From: Candidatus Aerophobota bacterium
GTDB lineage: Bacteria > Aerophobota > Aerophobia > Aerophobales > AE-B3A
Direction: 5' to 3'
Assembly: GCA_030602545.1 (NCBI GenBank)
Contig: JAUVZN010000002.1
Location: 1 to 37,526, forward strand
Length of the DNA: 37,526 nucleotides
The stretch's first letter is position 1, and the number at the start of each line of letters is the position of its first letter. This document shows, one piece after another, positions 8,904 through 18,159 of this stretch. The notes beneath the pieces were generated by a model that saw only the letters and a list, made by a program, of their open reading frames with translations, had not been told where the DNA came from and did no database searches. The translations under genes and the position numbers were made by a program.

Positions 8904-10496
8904 TCAGCTTTTGGACGACTTCCAACTGTCATAATAATCCGCCAAGAGATCACTTATACCCTTACCAATAGCCTTGTAAGCGCTGTCCGGAAGATTGGCG
9001 AGCGAAACACGCACTGACATGTTCGGCGCGTCAAATCCGCCTCCATCCATCAAAACGATGGACTTTTCATCTGCCAGGCGCCATACAAAGTCTATCGGCT
9101 CGTAGTTTTTCACCAGATGAGCGGCAAATTCCTCGCCGTACCTGGTTCTGGCAAGCGCAGGAATGTCAATGGTTGTATAGTAGTGCGCGTCGTATTGGTT
9201 TTCCGGATGCGGGGTCCCGAGAGCCGCGTACAGCGCTTTGAATCTGTGGGTTACTATAGATTGCGCCTCTTGCTTATACTCTCCTTTTTTATCGATGAGG
9301 CAGTAGAGTGAAAAAAGAGCCATAAGGACCTGCTGTGGTGTCGAAAGGCCGGCGGTGTGATGAAGCGCCACCGACCGGCTGTCGGCAACCATCCTGTCTA
9401 TGAGTTTCATTTTATCCGGATCGAGCACTACCGTGCTGTACCGGTCATACAGCGCTTTTCTGTCTTTCTCGGGCAGCGCGGTGATCATCTTGTCTAAGAC
9501 ATTGTCCTCGTGAATCCCGATGACGCCTAAGCGCCAGCCCGTTGCGCCGAAGTATTTCGAATAAGAATAGACAAGGATCGTGTTCAGCGGGGCAACGGCC
9601 GCGAGCGATCTAAAGTCGTTGACAAAAGTTCCATAAACGTCATCCGTAACAATTATGAGATCTTTTCTTTTCGTCCGGACTAGTTCACCTATTTTTTCGA
9701 GGGTGCTCTCTTGTATACTGACCGAGGTAGGATTGGAAGGATTGACAAGGAAGAAAGCCTTCACTTCAGGATCGGTAAGCTTCTCGATCTCTAAATCGGG
9801 ATATTGCCAGTCCGAATTCTCATTCTGGTTTATCTCAAGCTCAACGAACTCGTAGTCATTCAAACGTGGGATCTCGAGATAAGGCGTGAAGATCGGAGTT
9901 CCCAGCGCGATCTTGTCTCCTTTGTGAAGGAGCTTGTTCTCCATAAGGCTGGTGAAGATGTAATCCATCGCAGCGGTCCCACCTTCGGTCGCGAAAAGAT
10001 CGAACTTTCCAGGAGGCGGGTGTCCGCCGCACATTTCCTGCTCGAGGTACTTATGAACTATCTTCTCGCTGCACATGAGCATCCGGTCAGGTACAGGATA
10101 ATGGTCACCAAGTATGCCGTCCACCATTTCACGGATAAATTCATCAGGATCGATCTTAAGTTCGTCGTGCACGTAAACAAACGCTTCGCGCAGAAACCCG
10201 ACACCGGGGGCACCTGAATGCTTCCCCGCGAACTTCTCGAATCTCCCTGCTATGCCCTTTTTTTCAGGCGTGCCTCCCAGGCGGGGAGGGTGGGGCTTTC
10301 TCTGCGACTCTTCCACGGCGAAAAGCCCCAGCTGAAAGAACCCCTGCCGCGGTGTCATTGTTATCCAGTTAGGGTTCCCACGGCCGGCATTTAGCATCAC
10401 CCTCTCGTGATGTGTCTCTGTCATTGTGATCAGCTTGTTCTTAAGTTCGAAAGGACTCAGGGCCTCATAGCGTCTTTCTTCTTCAGAACCTTTCAT
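8904..10496 (-). CDS. asdA: L-aspartate 4-(beta-)decarboxylase, PLP-dependent
   Basis: The ORF is collinear with remembered AsdA sequence blocks: LSPFELKNKLI, MLNAGRGNPNW, FATEGGTAAM, VNPSNPTSV, VYSYSKYFGATGWRLGV (PLP lysine) and HTAGLSTPQQV. The listed ORF starts at 10529, but ATG 10496 (MKGSEEE) has AAAGGAG upstream and is the likelier start. Confidence 0.9.
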   Translation of the reverse strand: MKGSEEERRYEALSPFELKNKLITMTETHHERVMLNAGRGNPNWITMTPRQGFFQLGLFAVEESQRKPHPPRLGGTPEKKGIAGRFEKFAGKHSGAPGVGFLREAFVYVHDELKIDPDEFIREMVDGILGDHYPVPDRMLMCSEKIVHKYLEQEMCGGHPPPGKFDLFATEGGTAAMDYIFTSLMENKLLHKGDKIALGTPIFTPYLEIPRLNDYEFVELEINQNENSDWQYPDLEIEKLTDPEVKAFFLVNPSNPTSVSIQESTLEKIGELVRTKRKDLIIVTDDVYGTFVNDFRSLAAVAPLNTILVYSYSKYFGATGWRLGVIGIHEDNVLDKMITALPEKDRKALYDRYSTVVLDPDKMKLIDRMVADSRSVALHHTAGLSTPQQVLMALFSLYCLIDKKGEYKQEAQSIVTHRFKALYAALGTPHPENQYDAHYYTTIDIPALARTRYGEEFAAHLVKNYEPIDFVWRLADEKSIVLMDGGGFDAPNMSVRVSLANLPDSAYKAIGKGISDLLADYYDSWKSSKS

Positions 10497-10714
10497 GGTT
10501 CGCTCCTTTCTGTGGCCGTATATTTGCAATAATCTACAGGGACGGTTCCTGTTTTTAGTTGATTCGAGGCCAGACTTGTCCCCTATTTCACCGGATCAGG
10601 ACTCCGGGATAATGGTCAAGCAAACAGAGAATGTTCCCGGCGCGTCCAGGCCTAGCCAGACATCGACCATTTCCCTGTTCTTTTTGTTCGGTTCAATCTT
10701 GTAAATATATGGTT

Positions 10715-11400
10715 TCAGATTTTCCCGTCTTTCTCGTAAGTCCTGGTTTCGACAGAGAAATGATACGGCTCCATCAGGTCAAATTTGACCTCCTCTCCTT
10801 TGACCGAGACGATCATGTAGTTGAAAAAGCCGTCTTTATCCGGGGGAGCGGCGAAGGTTGCCCCACCGCCTCCTAGAGTAACGAAGGGAACTCCTTTTTC
10901 TTCTCCAGCTCGCTCTCCAACCATTTGCGCTGCTGGCCCGTGATTTCCCCCACCTGGTCGGGGACCCGGGTATTCAGAATGATGAAAGTGACGCCCTTCT
11001 GATCGAATGAAAAATAATCTTTCTTCTGTCCGGTCATCCCTATGAAATAGTTGGTGGTTAGAGGATTCTGAAAGTCGTGGTTGCCGGGTACAAAATAGAT
11101 CTTCGGGGCCATGGTCGAGATAAGTTTACCCATATTCGAATATTCTATCTTGAGCTGCTCCTCTGAATCGCTGTAGCCAAAGACAAGGTCACCGGTATGG
11201 ACGACCAGATCGGGGTTGATAAGGTTGGTTTCGGTCAAGATCCTTTTGTAAGCCACGGGTATCGGCACTCCCTGGAAAGCTACTCTCGAGCCACCGAAGA
11301 CCACAAAAATAACATCATCGTCCTTGGTTTCGGCGTGCAGAGCCGGCTGGAGCAATAATGAGAAGACAAAGAGAAAAACAGCGATCTTTTTAAGATTCAC
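10715..11400 (-). pseudogene. secreted metallophosphoesterase, frameshifted and apparently missing an internal segment
   Basis: ORF 10873..11400 has a signal peptide plus the HTGDLV and VPGNHD motifs and ends just after WLESELEKKK. ORF 10715..10924 continues in another frame (GVPFVTLGGGGATF...). The shift lies in the run GAAGAAAAAGG. The HHP/GHxH region expected between the two parts is absent. Confidence 0.55.
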
Positions 11401-12174
11401 GGTCGATCCTCCTTTTCTTTTGGCATTTGAGGATGGTCTCTTATCGTGGTCTTGGTTAGGATACCATCTTTAGACTATAGTGACAAGGGTTTAAATGGAA
11501 GCTTTTAAGGAATATTGTGCTTACATCTGCTCAATTTGAAAGAGAACTGGCCAGTAAGAGGACCAGGGATGAATGATAGGAAAGATAAATATATCCCTAT
11601 GAGTGCAATCAGATATATACAAAAAAATGTCATTCATACGTGAAAATTAAGATATGCAGGTAGGTTTTACGAAGGGAATCATGAATCAATAGTGCCTGAA
11701 GAAATACTTAGTCAAATTCAGAAATATCAAGAGAGAAAAAGAGGAGACGGAGACAATATAAAATCTTTTTATTTTGGGTTGGTAAGACGTAGTCAATGTG
11801 ATAGCGCAATGTCCCCATGCTTTACCAACAAGAAGTCTGGAAGAAAGCTTCCAAAATTATCTAAAAAAGTTTTTAAAAGGAGCCGAAAAAATACATGTGG
11901 TTGGCTGGACTGGAGATGTTGACAACAAATCCACCCCTCCTTAGAAGTCTTGAAGACCGGCTCTCCCCAAGAATACTATCTCTCATAATCAATGGAAAGT
12001 ATAGCATTAAAAACCCAAAATCTAGCCTCGCTGATTATCTAACGCAACACCTGGAACCTATTATCATAACTATCTATCGTTTTCTGTCCGGCCTACGTGT
12101 CAAGTCGTTTAACTAGGTAACCCAGTGGGTTGTTGTTGGGCCATATAAGAGAGAGCTCTGAATAATTCGGAGGT

Positions 12175-12203
12175 TTGACAGTCGGCGGGTGAGAAGATAT
12201 AAT
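12175..12203 (+). promoter_or_regulatory. consensus sigma-70 promoter of the trp operon
   Basis: TTGACA (12175-12180), exactly 17 nt, then TATAAT (12198-12203). Both hexamers are perfect. Confidence 0.7.
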
Positions 12204-12217
12204 TAAACAAGATAATT

Positions 12218-12260
12218 GAGATTAGACTAGTAGAGATAGGCTGAGACGAGATGAGGAGAG
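12218..12260 (+). promoter_or_regulatory. array of nine (G/U)AG triplets; candidate TRAP (MtrB) binding site
   Basis: The triplets are GAG 12218, TAG 12223, TAG 12228, GAG 12233, TAG 12237, GAG 12243, GAG 12248, GAG 12253 and GAG 12258. Spacers are 1-3 nt, and eight of the nine starts lie on an exact 5-nt lattice. Confidence 0.6.
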
Positions 12261-12290
12261 AAGGTACCTGCATTTACCGGGCTCATCTCG
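12247..12290 (+). promoter_or_regulatory. antiterminator hairpin of the trp leader
   Basis: CGAGATGAG (12247-12255) is perfectly complementary to CTCATCTCG (12282-12290). Inner GGTA/TACC pairing (12263-66 / 12275-78) is also possible. The 5' arm lies inside the triplet array and the 3' arm overlaps the terminator. Confidence 0.55.
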
Positions 12291-12303
12291 AGCACGGTTT
12301 TTT
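12276..12303 (+). terminator. intrinsic terminator (attenuator) upstream of trpE
   Basis: ACCGGGCTC (12276-12284) pairs with GAGCACGGT (12290-12298) at 8 of 9 positions. The loop is ATCTC and the stem runs directly into TTTTTT (12298-12303). Confidence 0.65.
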
Positions 12304-12338
12304 AGTGGCTATTTACCCTCCACCTTCTTAGGAGGTGA

Positions 12339-13835
12339 GTGGTGATGTACTATCCCGACGAGGCAAAGTTCAGAGAGCTCGCCAGAAAGGGTAATCTTAT
12401 CCCTGTTTATAAGGAGAGTCTGGCTGATCTAGAAACTCCGGTTTCCGCCTTTATGAAGCTAGGCCAGGGAAGTTTTTCTTATCTTCTGGAAAGTGTGGAG
12501 AAGGAGGAAGGGCTGGGAAGGTATTCATTCTTAGGGATCGATCCCTTTCTTCTTTTCGAATTCAGGGGAACAAAGGTTATCCTCCATGATACTCGGACCC
12601 ATGAAACTCTCTCGGCCAAGAGCGGACCCCTGGAGGTTTTGAAAGAAGTTATGGCCAGATACAAGGTAGTTAACCTGCCGGGTCTACCCCGTTTTTTTGG
12701 CGGAGCAGTGGGATATGTAGGGTATGATGTCATAAGATTTTGGGAAGATGTTCCTCGAGAGAACCCGGATGATTTGAATCTACCGGGCGCCCTCTTTATG
12801 TTTGCTAACATCTTGCTCATTTTTGATCACCGTGACCATAAAATAAAGGTGGTCTCCTATGTTTTTCTGGATGGCAGGAAGCCGCTTGGGAGAATTTATA
12901 AGCAGGCTATTAAGAAGATAGATGAAGTGATGGTTAAGCTAAAGAATTCCTCTCCTGTAGTAGATCTTGGAGAGGGATGTCCAGGAGGCAGCCGGATAGC
13001 AAAAGTTGTATCTAACCTAACCTCCTCTTCTTTTGAAGGGATAGTGATAAAAGCCAAGGAATATATCAGGGAGGGAGATATCTTTCAGGTGGTTTTATCC
13101 CAGAGACTGGCCAGAAAAATATTCACTTCCAGTTTCAATATATACCGAGCTCTGCGTTCTCTTAATCCCTCTCCTTATATGTACTATTTGAGGTGTGGGG
13201 ACTTTGAAATAGTGGGGTCTTCTCCAGAGATCCTGGTGAGAGTGGAAGAAGGGGATGTAACTCTTCGCCCCATTGCTGGAACCAGACACCGGGGAAAAAA
13301 TCAAAGTGATGATAAGGCTTTGGCTAAGGAACTTCTGGCGGATCCCAAGGAAAGGTCAGAGCATATCATGCTGGTAGATCTGGGTCGTAATGATGTGGGA
13401 AGAGTGTGCCGATATGGGACGGTTAAGGTTAGTGAACTAATGGTGGTTGAGAAGTATTCCCACGTGATGCATATAGTTTCTAATGTGAAAGGGAGACTCA
13501 AGCGGAATCTAGATCAATACGACCTTCTCAGAGCTTGCTTTCCTGCCGGAACGGTTTCCGGAGCCCCTAAAGTAAGGGCTATGGAGATCATTGAGGAGCT
13601 CGAATCTACCGCCCGGGGCCTCTATGCAGGAGCCCTGGGGTATTTCAGTTTTTCCGGAAATATGGATACCTGCATTATTATTCGAACTATAATCCTAAAA
13701 GATGGATTTGCCTATATTCAGGCAGGAGCAGGAATTGTAGCTGATTCTAATCCCCGGAGGGAATATCAGGAGACAATGAATAAAGCACAAGCCCTCATCA
13801 GAGCCATTGAGATGGCTGAAGAAGGGTTGGAATAG
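12339..13835 (+). CDS. trpE: anthranilate synthase component I
   Basis: 498-aa ORF with typical TrpE blocks: LLESVE, the PSPYMYY-type motif (NPSPYMYYL), IAGTRHRG, LLADPKERSEHIMLVDLGRND, GAPKVRAMEIIEELE and GIVADS. GGAGG lies at 12331-12335, so ATG 12345 is the likelier start than GTG 12339. Confidence 0.95.
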   Translation: MVMYYPDEAKFRELARKGNLIPVYKESLADLETPVSAFMKLGQGSFSYLLESVEKEEGLGRYSFLGIDPFLLFEFRGTKVILHDTRTHETLSAKSGPLEVLKEVMARYKVVNLPGLPRFFGGAVGYVGYDVIRFWEDVPRENPDDLNLPGALFMFANILLIFDHRDHKIKVVSYVFLDGRKPLGRIYKQAIKKIDEVMVKLKNSSPVVDLGEGCPGGSRIAKVVSNLTSSSFEGIVIKAKEYIREGDIFQVVLSQRLARKIFTSSFNIYRALRSLNPSPYMYYLRCGDFEIVGSSPEILVRVEEGDVTLRPIAGTRHRGKNQSDDKALAKELLADPKERSEHIMLVDLGRNDVGRVCRYGTVKVSELMVVEKYSHVMHIVSNVKGRLKRNLDQYDLLRACFPAGTVSGAPKVRAMEIIEELESTARGLYAGALGYFSFSGNMDTCIIIRTIILKDGFAYIQAGAGIVADSNPRREYQETMNKAQALIRAIEMAEEGLE

Positions 13836-13865
13836 AAAAGATATCCTCTTTGAGGAAGGTATAAA

Positions 13866-14438
13866 ATGATTCTGATTGTCGACAATTATGACTCCTTTGT
13901 ATATAATTTAGTCCAATATCTGGGGGAACTGGGACAGAAACTGGTAGTTTACCGAAATGACAAAATTACCCTGAGGCAGGCAAGGAGAAAGAAAATAGAA
14001 GCCATCGTCATCTCTCCCGGCCCGGGAAGACCGGAGAATGCTGGAGTTTCCAATGATATCATTCAGTACTTCTCTGGCCGGCTGCCCATCCTGGGAGTAT
14101 GCCTGGGTCATCAATGCATAGGACAGGTTTTTGGAGCAAGAATTGTCCATGCAAAACGCCTTGTGCATGGGAAAACCTCGCCTGTCTATCACTACGGAAA
14201 GGACATCTACAGGGGTATCGAGAATCCTTTTATAGCTACCAGATATCATTCTTTAATTATCAAAGAGAATAGCCTACCTGAGTGTCTTGTAAGATGTGCC
14301 TGGACCCAGGAAGGAGAGATTATGGGGATAAAGCATAAGGACCTGTCCGTCTTTGGAGTGCAGTTCCATCCAGAATCCATTCTGACCAAGGTGGGTAAAC
14401 AGGTACTCAAAAACTTTCTCGAAGTACAGGATTTATAG
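13866..14438 (+). CDS. trpG: anthranilate synthase component II (glutamine amidotransferase)
   Basis: 190-aa ORF starting MILIVDNYDSFVYNLVQYLGELG. The catalytic Cys is in GVCLGHQ and FGVQFHPES lies near the C-terminus. Confidence 0.95.
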   Translation: MILIVDNYDSFVYNLVQYLGELGQKLVVYRNDKITLRQARRKKIEAIVISPGPGRPENAGVSNDIIQYFSGRLPILGVCLGHQCIGQVFGARIVHAKRLVHGKTSPVYHYGKDIYRGIENPFIATRYHSLIIKENSLPECLVRCAWTQEGEIMGIKHKDLSVFGVQFHPESILTKVGKQVLKNFLEVQDL

Positions 14439-14481
14439 GTGTCCCGACGTCCTTCTTGATGAGATTTAAGGTGGTGCAGGC

Positions 14482-15492
14482 ATGATTAAAGAAGCTATCA
14501 ACAAAATAGTCGAAGGTTGCAGTTTAGGGGAAGAAGAGGCTGGACGCGTCATGGGAGAAATTATGGGGGGGAGAGCCACCCCCGCCCAGATAGCCTCTTT
14601 CTTAACAGCGCTAAGAATGAAGGGAGAGACGGTAAAGGAAATTACCGGCTGTGCCAGGGAGATGCTCAAGAGAGTTGACTCTTTTAATCTAAAAGAAGAT
14701 ATCTTGGTGGATACCTGTGGGACAGGAGGCGATAGAAGTGATACCTTTAATATTTCCACAGCTACCGCTTTTGTAGTAGCCGGGGCTGGTTTAACGGTGG
14801 CCAAGCATGGCAACAGAGCTCTCTCCAGTCGCTGTGGCAGTGCAGATGTACTGGAGACCCTGGGGGTTAAATTGGATCTACCAAAAGAAAAGGTAAAAGA
14901 GTGTCTTGGGAAAGTAGGAATAGGTTTTCTCTTTGCCCCTCTCTTCCATCGAGCTATGAAGCACGCCCTGGCTCCTCGCCAGGAGATGGGAATTAGAACT
15001 ATTTTTAATATCCTGGGTCCTCTTACCAATCCCCTGGGGGCAAATGTTCGTCTTATTGGTGTATACGATCCTTCTCTTACAGAGACTCTGGCTATGGTTC
15101 TGAAGAATTTAGGGGTGAGGGGTGCATTTGCTGTTTGTGGAGAGGATGGGCTGGATGAGATCAGCATTATGGGAAGAACCAGGACTACTCAACTTAAAGA
15201 TGGATTAATTGAAACTTATTATATAGAGCCCGAAGACTTTGGAATGAGAAGAGCTCCTTTGGAGGAGATAAAGGGAGGCAGCCGGGAGGAGAACGCCTTC
15301 ATTCTCCAGAGAGTGCTGGAAGGGGAAAAGGGACCAAAAAGAGATGTTGTTCTTCTCAATAGTGCTGCTTGTCTGGCAGCGGCAGGCCTGACCGGGGATC
15401 TAAAAGAGGGAATTAAGATTGCTGAGAATTCTATTGACTCAGGAATAGCCAGAGAGAAACTGGAGTTCTTGATTAGCTTTACCAATAATTAG
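14482..15492 (+). CDS. trpD: anthranilate phosphoribosyltransferase
   Basis: 336-aa ORF with DTCGTGGDRSDTFNISTA, KHGNRA and FNILGPLTNP. Confidence 0.95.
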   Translation: MIKEAINKIVEGCSLGEEEAGRVMGEIMGGRATPAQIASFLTALRMKGETVKEITGCAREMLKRVDSFNLKEDILVDTCGTGGDRSDTFNISTATAFVVAGAGLTVAKHGNRALSSRCGSADVLETLGVKLDLPKEKVKECLGKVGIGFLFAPLFHRAMKHALAPRQEMGIRTIFNILGPLTNPLGANVRLIGVYDPSLTETLAMVLKNLGVRGAFAVCGEDGLDEISIMGRTRTTQLKDGLIETYYIEPEDFGMRRAPLEEIKGGSREENAFILQRVLEGEKGPKRDVVLLNSAACLAAAGLTGDLKEGIKIAENSIDSGIAREKLEFLISFTNN

Positions 15493-15552
15493 GTACCAAA
15501 TCATTGATTGAGCTAAGAGATACAGCATGAGAAGAATAAAAAAGGATGAGCT

Positions 15553-16329
15553 TTGATTTTAACCCAGATATTGGATAATAAGCTAAAGGAAATTGCCCAG
15601 CGAAAAAAAAGGGTTCCTCTGCAAGCTCTAAAATCCAAAATAGCCGCCCTTGCCCCGACCAGGAATTTTAGGGAAGCTATATCCTCCCGAGCAGAAATTA
15701 ACATCGTTGCTGAGATTAAAAAAGCCTCTCCCTCAGTAGGTACCGTAACTCAGAATTATGATCCTGAGAAACTTTCCAGGATTTATGAGGAAAATGGCGC
15801 CTCAGCTATCTCTGTTTTGACCGACAAGAAATTCTTTGGAGGGGATTTAGGCGACCTGACCAAAGCTAAGAAAGTTAGCTCTTTGCCCATTCTGGCTAAG
15901 GAGTTTATACTGGATAAGTACCAGATTTATGAGGCCAGGCTTTTGGGAGCAGATGCTATTCTCTTAATTGCTCGTATATTAAGTAGGGAAAAACTAAAAA
16001 AATATTTGGATTTAGCCTCAAAGCTTGACCTGGAGTGTCTGGTTGAAATCCACGAAGAGAAGGAGTGGGAAAAAATTAAAGATCTTCCTCTGGATATAGT
16101 TGGCATTAACAATCGGAATCTGGCAAGCCTCAAGCTAGACATAGGAATGAGCTTTAATCTTATCAAAAAGATACCTTCGGATAAAATAATTGTCAGTGAG
16201 AGTGGAATTGATAGCCGAGAAGATATTCATAGACTAAGAGAGGCGGGGGTGGATGCCTTCTTAATAGGGGAGGCTCTCTTAAAAAGCAGGGATGTGGGAA
16301 GAAAACTGAGAGAACTTGTAGCAAGATAA
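15553..16329 (+). CDS. trpC: indole-3-glycerol phosphate synthase
   Basis: 258-aa ORF with a TTG start and AAGGA 6 nt upstream. It has ILxxILxxK, an N-terminus typical of the family, plus AEIKKASPS, ISVLTD, GINNRNL and ESGI. Confidence 0.9.
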   Translation: MILTQILDNKLKEIAQRKKRVPLQALKSKIAALAPTRNFREAISSRAEINIVAEIKKASPSVGTVTQNYDPEKLSRIYEENGASAISVLTDKKFFGGDLGDLTKAKKVSSLPILAKEFILDKYQIYEARLLGADAILLIARILSREKLKKYLDLASKLDLECLVEIHEEKEWEKIKDLPLDIVGINNRNLASLKLDIGMSFNLIKKIPSDKIIVSESGIDSREDIHRLREAGVDAFLIGEALLKSRDVGRKLRELVAR

Positions 16330-16342
16330 CCTCTTAAAAAAG

Positions 16343-16975
16343 ATGACCAGGATCAAAATTTGCGGAATAACCAACAAGGAGGATGCGTTTGAGGCAGCTC
16401 ATCTCGGAGTAGATGCCCTTGGTTTCGTATTTACTCATAGTCCAAGAAGGGTGACTCCCAGGATGGTTCAAGAGATTGCTCAGCTTCTTCCACCTTTTAT
16501 CTCTCGGGTGGGAATTTTTGTTAATGAGGACAAAGAAAAAGTAGAAAAAATAGCCAAAAGTTGCCATCTGACTACTCTACAATTTCATGGAGAAGAATCT
16601 CCTTCTTACTGTCAAGGATTTAGAGAAAAAATAGTCAAGGCTTTTTCCATCAAGGACACCTCTGTATTAGAAAAGATCCCTGAATATGAAGTAGATGCCT
16701 ACCTTCTTGATAGTTACTCTCCTTTAAGATATGGTGGGACAGGAAAAACTTTTGACTGGGATATTGCCAGAGAAATTAAGGAATTCGGAGTGCCTATTAT
16801 CCTCTCGGGAGGGCTAAATCCTGATAACGTTAAAGAAGCCATAGAAAGGGTTAGACCCTATGCAGTGGATGTTGGTAGTGGAGTAGAAGCAAGGGAAGGA
16901 AAGAAGGATCCAGAAAAACTCAAAGATTTTGTGAGGGCAGTGAGGGGGGCAAATGAACTATTCACGAGTGCCTGA
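16343..16975 (+). CDS. trpF: phosphoribosylanthranilate isomerase
   Basis: 210-aa ORF starting [10 protein letters not shown], then LQFHGEE and [10 protein letters not shown]. It overlaps trpB by 23 nt. Confidence 0.9.
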   Translation: MTRIKICGITNKEDAFEAAHLGVDALGFVFTHSPRRVTPRMVQEIAQLLPPFISRVGIFVNEDKEKVEKIAKSCHLTTLQFHGEESPSYCQGFREKIVKAFSIKDTSVLEKIPEYEVDAYLLDSYSPLRYGGTGKTFDWDIAREIKEFGVPIILSGGLNPDNVKEAIERVRPYAVDVGSGVEAREGKKDPEKLKDFVRAVRGANELFTSA

Positions 16976-18158
16976 TAAAGAAGGACATTTTGGTCGTTTC
17001 GGGGGAAAATTTGTTCCCGAGACAGTTATGCCTGCTTTGAAGGAATTAGATGAAGCTTACCAAGAGGCAAAGAAAGATAAGCAGGGTTTTCAAAAAGAGC
17101 TGAGCGGGTATCTCAGGGATTATGCCGGCCGTCCCACTCCCCTTTTCCTGGCCAAAAGGTTAACCCATCACCTGGGAGGGACCAGAATTTATCTGAAAAG
17201 AGAGGACTTAGCCCACACCGGCTCCCACAAGATTAATAATACCCTGGGACAGGTCCTGTTGGCCAAAAAAATGGGCAAGACCAGAATTATTGCTGAAACA
17301 GGAGCTGGTCAGCATGGAGTGGCTACAGCTACGGCAGCAGCTTTCTTTGGTCTTCCCTGCCGGGTTTATATGGGGGAGGAAGATATGAGGCGCCAGCGCC
17401 TCAATGTCTTCAGAATGCAGCTTCAAGGAGCAGAGGTAATTCCTGTCACCTCGGGCACAGCTACCCTGAAAGATGCTATTAATGAAACCATAAGGGATTG
17501 GGTAACCAACATCCGGACTACTCACTATGTTTTAGGATCAGTGGTTGGTCCCCATCCTTACCCGGTGATGGTAAGGGATTTTCAATCGGTCATTGGCCGG
17601 GAAACCAAAAAGCAGATCCTCACCTCTGAGGGAAGACTTCCGGGGTATCTCATTGCCTGTGTGGGAGGGGGAAGTAACTCTATGGGTCTTTTCTACCCCT
17701 TTTTGGAAGATAAAGTTGAACTTATCGGAGTTGAGGCAGGAGGATGGGGGCTTTCTACCGGCAAGCATGGAGCGAGCTTGGCCAGAGGAACAGTGGGTGT
17801 TCTTCATGGGTCGAAAAGTCTTCTTCTACAGAATGAGGATGGGCAGATTGTAGCTACGCATTCTCTGGCGGCTGGCCTGGACTACCCCGGGGTAGGGCCA
17901 GAGCATGCTTATCTGAAGGAAACGGGAAGAGCCAGGTACGAAACGGTGACCGACAAGGAGGCTCTGGAGGCTTTTGAACTACTTTCCCGACTTGAGGGAA
18001 TCATTCCCGCGCTGGAAAGCGCTCATGCAGTGGCCTATGTCAAAAAGATTGCTCCTAAACTCGCCAAGGATGAAATTATGGTGATCAATCTTTCCGGCAG
18101 AGGTGATAAGGATGTGGAGCAGGCAGCTAGCATAATTTCCCATCCAGAAGGCAAGTGA
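16953..18158 (+). CDS. trpB: tryptophan synthase beta chain
   Basis: 401-aa ORF with HTGSHKINN (PLP lysine), [20 protein letters not shown] and LSGRGDKD. Confidence 0.97.
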   Translation: MNYSRVPDKEGHFGRFGGKFVPETVMPALKELDEAYQEAKKDKQGFQKELSGYLRDYAGRPTPLFLAKRLTHHLGGTRIYLKREDLAHTGSHKINNTLGQVLLAKKMGKTRIIAETGAGQHGVATATAAAFFGLPCRVYMGEEDMRRQRLNVFRMQLQGAEVIPVTSGTATLKDAINETIRDWVTNIRTTHYVLGSVVGPHPYPVMVRDFQSVIGRETKKQILTSEGRLPGYLIACVGGGSNSMGLFYPFLEDKVELIGVEAGGWGLSTGKHGASLARGTVGVLHGSKSLLLQNEDGQIVATHSLAAGLDYPGVGPEHAYLKETGRARYETVTDKEALEAFELLSRLEGIIPALESAHAVAYVKKIAPKLAKDEIMVINLSGRGDKDVEQAASIISHPEGK

Positions 18159-18159
18159 G

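Noticed and set aside
11692-12116. ORFs of 76 aa and 73 aa in the AT-rich spacer upstream of the trp promoter
   Set aside because: They have Lys/Arg/Ser-rich low-complexity translations, no SD and no motifs. They are more likely non-coding. Neither resembles TRAP/MtrB.
12204-12338. E. coli-type leader peptide or T-box riboswitch in the trp leader
   Set aside because: The only small ORF (ATG 12251, MRREGTCIYRAHLEHGFLVAIYPPPS) has no Trp codons and no SD. The leader (~130 nt) is too short for a T-box and has no specifier-loop or T-box sequence that I can see.
14466-15167. 233-aa minus-strand ORF inside trpD
   Set aside because: It is antisense to an unambiguous trpD gene and its composition is Pro/Ser/Arg-rich. 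The same applies to the other minus-strand ORFs within trpE, trpG, trpC and trpB.
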